Assembly: GCF_001194135.2 (NCBI RefSeq)
Contig: NC_068985.1
Span: 1,293,096-1,357,095, forward strand
Length of the DNA stretch: 64,000 bases
Origin: Octopus bimaculoides
Taxonomy: Eukaryota
Direction of reading: 5' to 3'
Numbering within the stretch: position 1 is the first letter of the stretch; each line of letters begins with the position of its first letter. Shown in pieces: positions 37,893 through 50,931 of the stretch. The notes beneath the pieces are model-generated. The model ran no database searches, was not told where the DNA came from, and was given only the letters and a program-made list of their open reading frames with translations. The translations under genes were made by a program, and so were the position numbers.

Positions 37893-39626
37893 GTTTATTT
37901 TTCCTATTGCTATCTGTGATGGGAATTGATATATGCTCAGATGGGATTTTTACAACGAAATGTAAAGCAACTATTTTTGTGTAGGGAAATAACAATTTTT
38001 AAGCATACACTGTACACTATGTTTACATAAAAAGATTAGAAGAGAAATACATAAAGGATTACATGAGAATGCAGTAATATTATTGTAGAGTACATACTCA
38101 TCACAAAAGATGTTGACTGCTGTGTGATGGGAGCGGGGAGTAATGGGAGTTTGTTGGAGGGAGAGAAGTACTATCTTCTGCTCCATACATTATCATCAGC
38201 ATTTGCTTCATCAGAAAACATTTATCCAAACTTGTTGACATTTACGATGCCTTGTCCCTGTCTATAGCTCAATATAGAAACTGATCTCGTAATACATTCT
38301 CTTGTTTTTATTTTACGTTCATGATGCGGATAGTTATCAGCAAAGACTCACAAACCATTTATAAGCAACAGCCTTTCAGCCATTTTTTTATAGTCAACTA
38401 GAATGGTGTGACTGGAACTTTTATTTTCTCTCCTTACTCTGCAGCTTACTCTAGCACAATCAGTTCCTCGTTGAACAAACTTTTTCTTCCAGACTCTAAC
38501 AATTCAACTCCTCTTCTAAAAGTTCTTCCTCGAAAATTACTTTTTCTGGCTTGTTTCAAAGTTCTTCTCCGATAATGTCTTGAAGTTAACTCTCTCACTT
38601 TGTTCCATTGGCTGGCAAAAAGATGTGTTCTTGTGGTTATACTCTTACATGTTATTCTTTTACTTGTTTCAGTTAATGGACTGTGATCATGCAGCGGCAC
38701 ACACTTTCATATTCTCAGAGAGACAATTTAAGTTTTCTGGATGGTTTGTTGCTTTATTCACAAGGGGAAATTCCACAGAAGAGAAATGCTTCACACTGGA
38801 TCTTTCAAGAGCAGGACGAAAACACTTGTAAACCAGTCTTGGAAAGGTTTGTGGTTATTCAAGCCCCCTTATTTGAACACCAAATCACAAGTAGAATATG
38901 ATTACGGTAGCTTACTAAAACCATTATAGTTTTCAAGGGATACAAGTGAAGGGGCTTTAATTTCCCAGCATCATTTACATCAACATGAAATGGTAGATTA
39001 TATCTGGAAGCTTCAAAACCCGATGCTGATTTTTCCTCAGAAGAAATCTCAATGAGTCACACACCTCCAGATTAGCTCAGCTTTTGCTTCATCAACATTG
39101 GACACTTGTTTTAATATGTAGCATCCTTGGAGAAATCATTTTTTTCAGTACCTCAAAATTATTAGCACCAATCTTCATATCAGTAGAACAAAAACTCATT
39201 TCAATTCTATGCAAAATAAGATACCTCTTAAACTTTTCAAAACAACTTTTAGTTACCAGAAAAGATCTTAAATCAGAAATTACAGCTTTATTATCTTGCA
39301 AATTATATACCAACTCTCGACTTTCACCTGTATTATGTCCACACTCCAAAACCAGTACATATTAATGATCATATCAGGTCAATAGTAAAATAATGTTTGA
39401 GCAGTTAACAGACAATCGGTTTGAGCACTGGATCTAATTATGTCTTTATTGCCAGTTATTGTTCCCACTGTAAATACTGTGAACTTTAAGGTTTTTGCAA
39501 TAAGGCTGAGTCTCTCTCCTGTTTGTAAAAAGCAATCTCTTTAAGAATCCTTTTGTAAAATATAATCCTTTTATACCTTCTTTTGGCACAACTGTTTTAC
39601 CTTCCAGTTGGATGACCTCATCCCAG

Positions 39627-39671
39627 TCATGATAAAATAAAGGCAACACACGCGATTGTATCTACTTGTAG
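39627..39671 (+). CDS. Candidate exon HDKIKATHAIVSTC(R)
   Basis: acctcatcccag| acceptor, TAG|gtaaat donor, open frame. A competing minus-strand reading exists. Confidence 0.3.
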
Positions 39672-40449
39672 GTAAATGCAACCATGGCAGAGAAAGGTTA
39701 GAAATCCACACCAAATATTAAAACAGTAGAATCCAAAGAAAGACGTAGTATTCTGTTCTAACAAAAAATTATGTTTTTATTTTGAATGCAAGAATGGAAA
39801 TCAGAAAATGAAAGAAGTGGAGGAGGAACGTTGAAGGATAAGAACTGTACAATGTAAGAGGATGTACAGTATGAATAAAGTTGGCAGCTAGAACTAGGGT
39901 GAGAATGTTGAGATCAATGAAAAACAAGATCAGTGGAGTTGATAAATACATAAACAAGGTGAGGGTTTGAGAGGGAGAGGCTAATTGTATGCAAAAATGT
40001 TAAGAGCAAAGACAAACAATAAATAGGAGAGGAGCAAGTGTAGGTGCTGGCGGAAAACATTAATATCAATGAAAAATAAAACTTGGAGGAGAAAAAGCAA
40101 ATAAATTTTAAAAATTGTAGAGTCAGAAAAATTATGAGAGACGTGGCTGGATATTTTAAAATGTCAAATGCAATATATATTGTTTCTACAAAAAAAAAAA
40201 AATTTTATACATAAATATGGCTCATAATTTTAGTTTTCAAAATTGTTAAAATTTATCAGTTGAGGCAGAACTACAGGACATATTCCAAAATTATTGGTTA
40301 TTCTTTGCAATTCCTGTATGTGTGGAAATCTGTAACCAAGTTTCCATGATTAGTGGAGGATTCTTTCTGGAAACAGCTGATGAGTCATTCCTCATCACTT
40401 GTATATGTGTGTGTGTGTGCGTGTGTGTATGTGCGTGTATGTATGTGTA

Positions 40450-40490
<41 letters not shown>

Positions 40491-40491
<1 letters not shown>

Positions 40492-40703
40492 AATACTCAT
40501 ATACTTAATCATAACAAGGGATTAGCTATAAGCCTCTCCATGCACTGAAAGAAATAGACACCAAAAGACACTATTGCCACCTTAAAATCTCTGAGAAATC
40601 TCAGAGATTTTAAGGTGGTAATAGTGTCTTTTGGCTTCTATTTTTTCAGTGCATGGAGAAGCTTATAGCCAATCCTTTATTATGATTATGTATATAATTA
40701 TTT
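40491..40703. repeat. About 210-bp near-perfect palindrome
   Basis: 40507-40595 is the reverse complement of 40600-40687 with about 8 differences in 89 nt. Loop of 2-4 nt. Pairing extends more weakly outward. Confidence 0.95.
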
Positions 40704-41551
40704 AAATATTCGTAAAATTTACCTAAAGGGTTTTTATTTCTGAGCTGACCCCCTGGTAAAATCATTAATGATTTTTACCCTTTATTATAATATATATATA
40801 TATATATATATAAATTTGCACGAAGCGTAATGATGCTTAATAAGCATCTACCTGCTAGAAATAAGAGCCAAGTCTTAAATAATCCACCGTAGCGCACCAA
40901 TATAACAGAGAAAAACAGTATGCGAGGAAAACAGAAAGAATTAAAACATTTAACAGCACAAATAAAAATACTATGCAATTTATCCACAGATGATATGAAC
41001 AGTANNNNNNNNNNNNNNNNNNNNNNNNNNNNNNNNNNNNNNNNNNNNNNNNNNNNNNNNNNNNNNNNNNNNNNNNNNNNNNNNNNNNNNNNNNNNNNNN
41101 NNNNNNNNNNNNNNNNNNNNNNNNNNNNNNNNNNNNNNNNNNNNNNNNNNNNNNNNNNNNNNNNNNNNNNNNNNNNNNNNNNNNNNNNNNNNNNNNNNNN
41201 NNNNNNNNNNNNNNNNNNNNNNNNNNNNNNNNNNNNNNNNNNNNNNNNNNNNNNNNNNNNNNNNNNNNNNNNNNNNNNNNNNNNNNNNNNNNNNNNNNNN
41301 NNNNNNNNNNNNNNNNNNNNNNNNNNNNNNNNNNNNNNNNNNNNNNNNNNNNNNNNNNNNNNNNNNNNNNNNNNNNNNNNNNNNNNNNNNNNNNNNNNNN
41401 NNNNNNNNNNNNNNNNNNNNNNNNNNNNNNNNNNNNNNNNNNNNNNNNNNNNNNNNNNNNNNNNNNNNNNNNNNGCTGACCCCCTGGTAAAATCATTAAT
41501 GATTTTTACCCTTTATTATAATATATATATATATATATATATAAATATATA

Positions 41552-41800
41552 TACAGGGTGCAGTGAATATATTGTAATCTAAATGATGCAAAAATTAAAA
41601 TAACACTTACATCTCATTTTAACTTATATATTTACCTAAATTACATAAAAAATATCTTGAAATACTGAAGAATAAATTTATTCAATAAAATCACCATTGG
41701 CTTCAACCACAGCCTCCAGACGACTTCAGAATCCTTTGCAACTCTTCTGGACAGTCTCCTTGTTTAAGTTGGTGAATGCTACCATAATCCTTGCCTTCTG
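41552..41800 (-). mobile_element. Tc1/mariner 3' end fragment with TIR
   Basis: KARIMVAFTNLNKETVQKSCKGF*SRLEAVVEANGDFIE* followed by the terminus, seen on the plus strand as TA+CAGGGTG at 41552. Confidence 0.7.
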
Positions 41801-41831
41801 TTCGTTGTTGGTGTTACAAGGAGTTTTGTTG

Positions 41832-41877
41832 GACACAACGTTTCAGCTGATATACCCTCCAGCTTTCATCGGGTGTC
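41832..41877 (-). ncRNA. Hammerhead motif family H1, core mutated (CCGAUGA)
   Basis: GACAC-CCGATGA-A-AGCTG-loop-CAGCT-GAA-ACGT-T|GTGTC. Both stems are perfect Watson-Crick, but U4 is changed to C. Confidence 0.55.
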
Positions 41878-41959
41878 TTGGGGAGATTTCGAACCTGGGT
41901 TCTCATTCCTAAGATATTTTTTGATATTATTATTATTATTATTACTATCATTATTATTA

Positions 41960-42035
41960 TTCAGATCATTGCTTGGAATCAAACTCGGAGTCTTGGGGTT
42001 AGAAGCCCACGCTCTTAACCACTATGCCATATGCC
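41960..42035 (-). mobile_element. Short tRNA-derived SINE head
   Basis: A box TGGCATAGTGG, B box GAGTTTGATTCC and an (AAT)n tail. Not a complete tRNA cloverleaf. Confidence 0.6.
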
Positions 42036-43217
42036 CGTGGGTATATTTATCTATGTTATTAAATATATAATACTAACCTGCCATTGACAGGTTACTAGTA
42101 TGTCATTGTAACTAATTTACTTCTATTAATTTTTTGGTGCTTTGTATAGCAGTAAGCACTGCCATACAGTTCCCAGCTGACAAAGCATTCTAGTCCTACT
42201 GACCACATTACAACTCTTTCCCATTTTATTCATTTATATTTTTGAATAGTTCATTCTGCAAACAAGACCAATTTCTCTGGGAATGCAACTTTGGCTTTAC
42301 AAAATCAACTGATGATGGATTTGAATTTAGGATCTTGCTTTAGGATTACCTGGTGGTCTATACCAATCAGAAATCTTTTGTTAGCCTGTTGTATCTATAT
42401 TGACAGTGAGCTCAAGAAGTATTTTGCCTGGATTGATAATCCCTTATTAATTACTCTTTATTCTTATATATTTTTTAATGTATGAGTGAGTCAGTGCACC
42501 CGTATTATGTAAATATACGAACATAATGATCATGTGTATATGTGTATAAATTAGTTACTTATACATGTATATGTCTTGGTCCTTTTTGATGATTGTATAT
42601 AGTGATAAGAACTGATTGGGTTCCAGTTACAAATTGCAGCATCTTTTGATCGGGTTTTCTCCTAATTTGAATAATTCCATTCTGTATTTGGTCAATAGTT
42701 ACCATCTGTGATGATGCGATGCATATTGTTTTTGATTTTGTTGTGGATATTTTAGGATTTCAGACATATCATAGGATCGATAATACTAATGTAACATTAT
42801 GTCTGTCCAGTCACAGGTAACTTTCAGTAAATAACGACCAATCTCAGTTGCTGCTACTATTGTTGTTATTATTGTTCAGGCTCATGATTTCTTTGCTCAA
42901 ACAGATCAACAAAAGCCTTCCAGCCTTGACCATCTTGCCTGTTTTGTGGAATATTTAGGATTACAAAGCTAATGTGTCTCCTGACTTTTTCTTATGATGA
43001 TGGATTGTGATTTAAGGAAGAGTTGGTTCTACTTAAAAAACAAGCACCCAGTACACTCTGTAAAGTGATTGGTGTTAGGAAGGGCATCCAACCATAAAAT
43101 CCAAGCCGAAACAGACAATGGAACATGGTGTGACCCCTGGCTTTATGAGTTCTTGTCAAGTCATCTGACCCATGCCAGCTTGGAAAGCAGACATTAAATG
43201 ACAATGACAATGACGAC

Positions 43218-43251
<34 letters not shown>

Positions 43252-44440
43252 NNNNNNNNNNNNNNNNNNNNNNNNNNNNNNNNNNNNNNNNNNNNNNNNN
43301 NNNNNNNNNNNNNNNNNNNNNNNNNNNNNNNNNNNNNNNNNNNNNNNNNGAGGAGGAGGAGGAGGAGGAGGAGGAGGAGGAGGATTAGTTGTTATTCCTA
43401 GCTGGGTGAATGACCACAGACAGACTTCCTAATCAGATCACAGATTGTTCTGAGTTTATTGTTAGGGTGTAGATACAGACAGAATCTGGTTTGTGAGATA
43501 AGATCGCAATCTTTGGGTGGTCAACAGTGTTCTGACTGGGGCATATTAGCACTTTATATCAAATTAACAAATGATATGTTTTGTGCTAGGCTTTTGTGAT
43601 AAAGAAACATGTGCAGTCCTCAGAGGTCAGATATTGTAAAGTATAAAGTTTGGTGGAAGCTCTTGGAGGCATAGAGCTAAAAACAAAGTTCTAATGATCT
43701 CCTAAAGGCCCTAAGAGACATTTAGCTTTGATTACATATTCCTCAAATTGGTGATGGTGGGAAATTATTTAGGAACTTTTTTGTATTCTCTCTTTGTGCC
43801 TAACAGACTCGTTAATTTTCTTTTAATTCTGATCCTTGTTCTGATCTCGAAATTAAAACATGAAATATCTTTTGCAAGCAACTTTTTAGCAAAAAAGAAA
43901 AAAAAAAGAAAGAAAGAAAAAAAAAAGAAAAGAAAAAAGAAAATCGAAAAGTGTATTTAGAATTTTTAGAAAGAAACAATCAATACGGCTTAATTATATG
44001 ATGTGATAAAAATCTATAATGCCTAAAGAATATTTATTGACCAAAAATATTAGAAGTCTCAGAAAAAGTTAGTTCTTTGACCTCTCAAACTACTGCCATA
44101 TCTCAAGAGATATTATTTCTTCACTACTTCCAAAATACTTGTCTTTTAATCCTGAGATTCATCTTATGGGGATAGCAAAGGTATTGATTATGATTTATTG
44201 GCGAATATAGATGAGAATATAAAGGATATGTACAGTATTTACTGTATCTCTCTACGCATATCTACATGTTTGTGAATGTGCAGTGTGTGCATATGCTTGC
44301 AGATACGCACATATATGTATGTAGGTAATGTGCACTTGCTTCTATCCTTTTTCTCTTGAACTATGAATACACACACATACAGACACACACACATGCATAC
44401 ACACACATATATCATGTTATTATATTATGTTACAGGGTGA

Positions 44441-44491
<51 letters not shown>

Positions 44492-44539
44492 TCATTCATG
44501 TAGTGAAGTGAGCTGACAACTTTTCTATTTTGTTAACAC

Positions 44540-45200
44540 TTTCTACCCTTCTTCCATAGTTTTAAAAAATCTAGTCGGTATCATTAGTAGAAAGATATTG
44601 AAACTCATCTAGCAAAGAAATCTTTGACAAGGTGGCCCCTAATTATAGTAATGCTTTAGCTGCTAGTTTCATGATAAGATTACCTACATCCCCATCCCTT
44701 TTCTGTTTAATGTTAATAACAGACTACATCAGATTATCTTCCTCCCCACCACCAATTTCCTTAGATGCTAAGCCAAATATTGCTAGAAATTTTCTAAATC
44801 TGATGGATAAATATTTTCCCCTTAACCATCACTATAGGAAATATATTCAACACGAATATCTAAATGTGAATTATTGTTGTACCCCAACATGAAAGATACT
44901 ATAACAGACGTTCAACTAAACTAATAGAGGTTAAGTGTACATGCAGAAACATCAATGTGTACCTATCTCAGCAATTATGCAATGCAGAGGTGATAATATA
45001 TTTAAGTAGAAGTCAGTTCTGCTAAACCATAGTGTACTATAGAGCATAAAGACTATGATGATATGCTGAAGGTAAGTTTAGGTAATGTAACATTAGTTAC
45101 ACATCATCTTTCGGAGACAGGGAAAAGTGGAAAGCAGCAACATTATCAAGTTATATGGGGTGCTTAAAACAACATCGTTTAAACTTTGACATTAGATAAA
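44540..45200 (+). mobile_element. Decayed Penelope-like element (RT C-terminus, linker, GIY-YIG region)
   Basis: SSKEIFDKVAPNYSNALAAS, PPISLDAKPNIARNFLNLMDKYFPLNHHYRK, NYCCTP and KCTCRN resemble the PLE linker pattern, Naiad/Chlamys-like as recalled. Confidence 0.6.
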
Positions 45201-45740
45201 AAAAAGATTTAAAAAAAACACTTTGAGAAGCAGAACAGACATTAAAAGGCTTAAAATCTGAAACTATTTACAAGGCATAAAAAAGAGATACTTGAATAAC
45301 ATCATCAATTCTGACAATTTTCTTAAACATGAGATTGGAATTTTTTTTACTATCTACTACCACTACCACAAAATGTGCACAAGCCCAGGATATAGCAAAC
45401 TAGCATTGATCTATTTTGAACTGCCTCTTTATTTATTCAATTTATATATTGTTCTCTTCCTAATACTCTGAACATGCTTCTCCTGCTGAGCCCACAACTT
45501 ATCAATTGTCAGAAGCCATTCTGGTGATTTTTCTCCTCATCTGAAGATAATCTCAGAAACATTTAAAATTTTTTAATGGTTCAAATTCTCTCTTTTACTC
45601 TTTTACTTGTTTCAGTCATTTGACTGTAGCCATGCTGGAGCACCACCTTTAGTTCAACAAATCGACCCCAGGACTGCTGAGTTACAGGGACGTGAACACA
45701 CCAACATCGGTTGTCAAGCAATGGTGGGGGGACAAACACA

Positions 45741-45796
<56 letters not shown>

Positions 45797-46591
45797 ATAG
45801 GCTTCTTTCAGTTTCCGTCTACCAAATCCACTCACAAGGCTTTGGTCAGCCTGAGGCTATAGTAGAAGACACTTGCCCAAGGTGCCACACAGTGGGACTG
45901 AACCCAGAGCCATGTGGTTGGTGAGCAAGCTACTTAGCACACAGCCACTCTTGTTTAAATCTTTAAAAGCCAAAGAAATTTTGTGCCTCACAACTTAGTC
46001 ATGGTATATGACAGGAAATCATTCACACTTTCTGCAAATTTATATAAAATGGTGTAGCTTCATGGGAAATCAATTGTTTTTTTAATGATTGACTGCAATT
46101 TTAAGTTCCATCATGAAATCGTTACTTGCATTGTATGAGCTAATGAACTAATTATAACAATACATATGTTTTAGTACACACCTCCATAGAGTTGACCCTC
46201 TTTCAGGCATGGAATCTTATTTACAGTACATGATATGATATGATATGCTTGAGAAGACCTGTTGAGTCAAGTAAAACCAATATTGTAGCTGTGGCCAGTG
46301 CCCCCTAACTGGATTGGTCAGACAGTGTCCTTACTTATGCATTTTGAATTTATAGAGCATGTATCATGATTAAGTTCCATTATTAATAAAACCTGTTGTT
46401 TGGTATTTGCTTCATTTCAAGATGTAGAGTTTGCAATGTTGTAGCAAAATTTGGGGTAGTGAATAGGAGGTTTTGGTAGTACCTCTGTTGTGTGGTAAAC
46501 TGTTTTTTTAAAGACTATAAAGATTATTCTACTAGAGTTGCTAAAACCAAGTTATGTTGCATTTGCTACTTTTCCTATGGTATATGTGAAC

Positions 46592-46662
46592 TTGTCCTAA
46601 AAAACACATCTAAATACAGCATTGTCCTAAAAAACACTTCTAAATACAGCATTGTCCTAAAA
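46592..46662. repeat. 30-bp tandem repeat, about 2.4 copies
   Basis: Unit TTGTCCTAAAAAACACWTCTAAATACAGCA. Confidence 0.9.
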
Positions 46663-47685
46663 GCCACTTTTAATTCTAATGAATCCTTAAAATTGTGCTC
46701 ATATTCTAAATTTGGTCCTTATTCTATTGGTCTCTTTCGCCAAACTGCTATGTAATGGGATGAAAACAAACCTACACCAACTGGCTAGACAGAAAGACAT
46801 ATTCACATGCAGATACTAATTCAATATATTAGTTCCGTATTTTGGCACAAGGCCAGTAATTTTGGTGACAAGGTAAGTCATTTACATCAACCACAGTGCT
46901 CACCTGTTAATTATTTAAGTGATTCCAAAAGGATGAAAGGCAAAGTTGACCCTAACAGCATTTGAACTCATGAGTCAGAAGAAATATTGCTAAGCATTTT
47001 GTCCAATGTGGTTATGATTCTGCTAGCTCACCACCTTATGAATTCAATATCTTAAACACACACACATACATGATAATTTTCCTCAAAGTTTCTCTCACCC
47101 AAATTCACTCAAGGAATTGGCTAGCCCAAGGGTAGTGGAGAAGACCCTTGCCTGAAATAACCCTAACTCACAACGAATCAGAAATATATATCAAACATTA
47201 ATTTTTAATATATGAAATATTTATTTAAGTATTCTAGTAACAAAGTACACATAAGACTTTCTATGTTACTAGCATACTCAGTGTTGTGACAATGTAATGA
47301 CTTGAATAACATAGGATATTTATTTCTTCAATTATATGTTTAAATACACTGAAGTGCAACACATTTGATATCCATATAAATCTTATTAATAAAATATCTA
47401 ATTAAAATTTCTAAGCACATAAATAATATTGAACACATTTCTCATAGTCCTGGAAGAGTGAAAGAGAAATTTGAAGCAAGTATCAACCGTCAGATGTTGT
47501 AGTGGTTTGGGGTGTTGTAAATTTTGTTACGAGATGAAGCATCTATTTCATGTTGTCACTTTAAAGCAAAACTCATTTTATCTGCTGGTGTAGAGTATGT
47601 TGTTCTGTCGTATTTAAATATTTGCTGCACACATACACATACAAATAATATAAATTCATGTTCATGGAAACATTTTCACTTGTAT

Positions 47686-47726
<41 letters not shown>

Positions 47727-47756
47727 CATATATATATATACATGCAAATACATGCA

Positions 47757-47810
<54 letters not shown>

Positions 47811-48255
47811 CATACATATATACTTTTATATGTGTATGGACATAGAATTTTGCAAAACTTTATACCAGATACAGTTTATCTATTCATATTTGTATATGCA
47901 CTTGTGTACACAAAACAAAATTTTGTTCTCTTTCATTCAAACCCACACACAATTATATTTATTATAGATACTTATATAACTTCATGTGTGTATGTATCCT
48001 GTACTAGGTTTTAATTTAAGATATTCACATTCAATCACATATGTTTCCCCACTTCCTCCTCCTCCTCCTGCTCCTCCTCTCCTCCTCCTCCTTCACTCAG
48101 CTGTATCAGACAGTTGTCTATCCAATTCTGTTAAAAGGCACACAGTAGAATGAACAATACCAATTCAACCAACGTTTAAATATCCCAAAATAGGTAAGAT
48201 CATTTTCACAATCAAACATATTCCATCCAAAAATACACATTCATATATATGTATA

Positions 48256-48295
<40 letters not shown>

Positions 48296-48448
48296 TATAC
48301 ACATGCATATATGTATATACATGTATGTATGTATGTACATATATATATGTGCATGTATATAGGTATATATATGTGTGTATGTATATATGTATATATATGT
48401 ACATATGCACATATGTGGTGTGTGTGTGTTTATCTATCTATCTATCTA

Positions 48449-48517
<69 letters not shown>

Positions 48518-48639
48518 GCATTGTTGTAAGTATATATGCATGCGTGAATGTGTGTATGTTTACACATGCACACACAATCATATATGTATATACATACATA
48601 TATATATACATACTCATATACATACACACACACACACGC

Positions 48640-48670
<31 letters not shown>

Positions 48671-49884
48671 TACATGCACACACACATCCAAACTTTTTTT
48701 CTTTTTGTTTTGTTTTTCCTTTTTAGAATAAATTTTGCTTCTAAAATTTGGCAAACTTTTTGAATTGCTTTAAACATTCTGTTTATCTTGATTAATTTTT
48801 ACCATTTTTGTTGCTTTGTCTTTTGATATCAAACTCTCTACCATTTTTGAATTACAGGATTTGGCTTTGAATTGGTTATATTTGAGAGAAACACTTCTGA
48901 AGTCTACACTTTTGCTTTTATTGAAACAACCTGACTGAAAGTGTGTTCACCCTTTACAAAGCTCACTGAAGTAACAGTAGAAATAAAATGGCCATGTGAT
49001 AAGAAATTTGCCTCTCAACCACCTGGTTCTGGGTTCAATCCCACTGCTTAGTACCTTTGGTGATTGTCTTCTGCTATATCCTCAGGCTGGCCAAAGCCTT
49101 ATCAGTGGGTTTGGTAGACAGAAACCGAAAGAAGCCCATTAGATATATATATCATCATTATTTAACATCCATTGTCCATGCTGGCATGGGTTGAATGGTT
49201 TGACCAGGGCTGGTAAACTGAGGGGCTGCACTGGACTCCAGTCTGATGCCATTCCTAATGCTGACCATTCTGAGAGTGCAGTGGGTGCTTTTACATGCCA
49301 CCAACATGGGTGTCCATTGTGTGACACAAGTATTTGCCATAGGCTTCATGGGTCTTCAACTCATGCATGGCATGTTGCCAAAAGTCTCAGTCATTTGTCA
49401 TTGCCTCCATGAGGCTCAATGTTCAAAAGGTGTTTTTTTATGTTCCACTGGCACGGGTGGAGCATTGGCCATGGGTACGACTTCACTTGGCTTGGCAGGT
49501 CCTCTCAAGCACAGCATATTGCCAAAGGTCTCAGTCACCAGTCATTGCCTCTGTGAGGCCCAACATATGAAGATCATACCTCATACTTCATCCATTTGTC
49601 CCATGTCTTCCTGGGTCTACTTCTTCCACAGGTTTCTTCCTCACTTAGAAATCAGTACTTCTTTACACAGCTGTCCTCGTCCATATGAATCATATGACCA
49701 CAATATGTGTATATATATTGGTGACTGGTGTTGGTGTTTTTATGATTCCATAACTCAGGGCAAAAGACACTGATGGCACAAGCATCAGTCTGTAAAACAC
49801 TGAGCACTCAGGTCAATTCATTCATCAAAATTCTTGAAGGTGTTGCTCCAGCATGGCTGTAGTTTGATCACTGAAGTAAAGTAA

Positions 49885-50130
49885 AGATTGCTTCTCACGT
49901 CATACCAAGTGATAAGGGTCAGTTTCTCAATTTCCATGGCATATATTTTCCCTACCTGGACAGGACACCTGTCCTTGGCAGGATCCCACATTTCTGCCAG
50001 TTGGGTGGACTGGAGCAACATGAAATGAAGTGTTTTGCTCAAGAACACAATGTGCCACCTGGTCCAGGAATCGAAACCACAATCTTACGATCATGAGTCC
50101 AACACCCTAACCACTAAGCCATGCACCTCC
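49885..50130 (-). mobile_element. tRNA-derived SINE
   Basis: The minus-strand head GGAGGTGCATGGCTTAGTGGTTAGGG...GGTTTCGATTCC contains A and B boxes. Confidence 0.7.
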
Positions 50131-50465
50131 ATTAGTCTGAAACAAGTAAAAAAAATAAAAGACTAATTGACAAAAAGAGGAAAAAAAAAACCTAGTCTTC
50201 TCCACTGAACTCAGAAGACAAATATCTAATATCAAAAATATATTAATATAATGTCAAGAAAAGAGGGTCTCCTAGAAATGGAAGCCAGACTCTGAATCTA
50301 TTAATTTTAGTAAAGACAAGACAAATGAGATTTTTGAAATAAGTAACAAATTCTTCAGAAAAAATATCTGAAAGAAATTCTACCAGAATATTAAAGAAGA
50401 AGGAGGGAGAAAGAAGAGGAGGAGGAGAAGGAAGAGGAGGACAATGCAATGGAAGATACAACACC

Positions 50466-50497
<32 letters not shown>

Positions 50498-50737
50498 CAA
50501 CAACAACAAAAACAGCAACACCAGAAATACAAATATACTGAAAGAACATAGGAATCCCAAAAATGATTATAAAAAGAGAAAGTAGAAATTTACGATAGAA
50601 TCACAGAACTTGGATTAAGTAACGAGGCATTTACCAACAAGCATTGTTTCAGTTCTATATTAAAGAGATGAGGAATTATGTACATTATTTACATTATTTA
50701 CATTTGATAGATATTTATCCTCATCTTGTTAGTTGTT

Positions 50738-50783
50738 AACACAACGTTTCGATTGATATACCCTCCAGCCTTCATCAGGTGTC
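50738..50783 (-). ncRNA. Hammerhead motif family H1, left copy of the inverted pair
   Basis: GACAC-CTGATGA-A-GGCTG-loop-CAATC-GAA-ACGT-T|GTGTT. Core intact, with one mismatch and one wobble in stem II. Confidence 0.6.
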
Positions 50784-50885
50784 TTGAGGAAATTTTGAAC
50801 CTGGGTTCTCATTCCTCAGGTATTTTTTGATGTTGTTATTATTATTATTATTAGGAATGAGAACCCAGGTTCGAAATTTCCCCAA

Positions 50886-50931
50886 GACACCTGATGAAGG
50901 CTGGAGGGTATATCAGCTGAAACGTTGTGTT
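50886..50931 (+). ncRNA. Hammerhead motif family H1, right copy of the inverted pair
   Basis: GACAC-CTGATGA-A-GGCTG-GAGGGTATAT-CAGCT-GAA-ACGT-T|GTGTT. Core intact, 5-bp stems I and II (one G-U each), ACGU palindrome. Predicted cut after 50926. Confidence 0.7.

Noticed and set aside
39092-39660. Minus-strand kinase-like KIGANNFEVLKK and neighbouring exon readings
   Set aside because: No GxGxxG follows, the frames contain stops, and + strand readings compete.
40742-41540. Identical ~55-bp sequence on both sides of gap 41005-41474
   Set aside because: Likely a scaffolding overlap or repeat copy, and uninterpretable without long reads.
6205-41800. Mariner 5' fragment (6205-6546) and 3' fragment (41552-41800) as one giant composite transposon
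   Set aside because: The termini face the wrong way to enclose the intervening DNA, so they are independent fragments.
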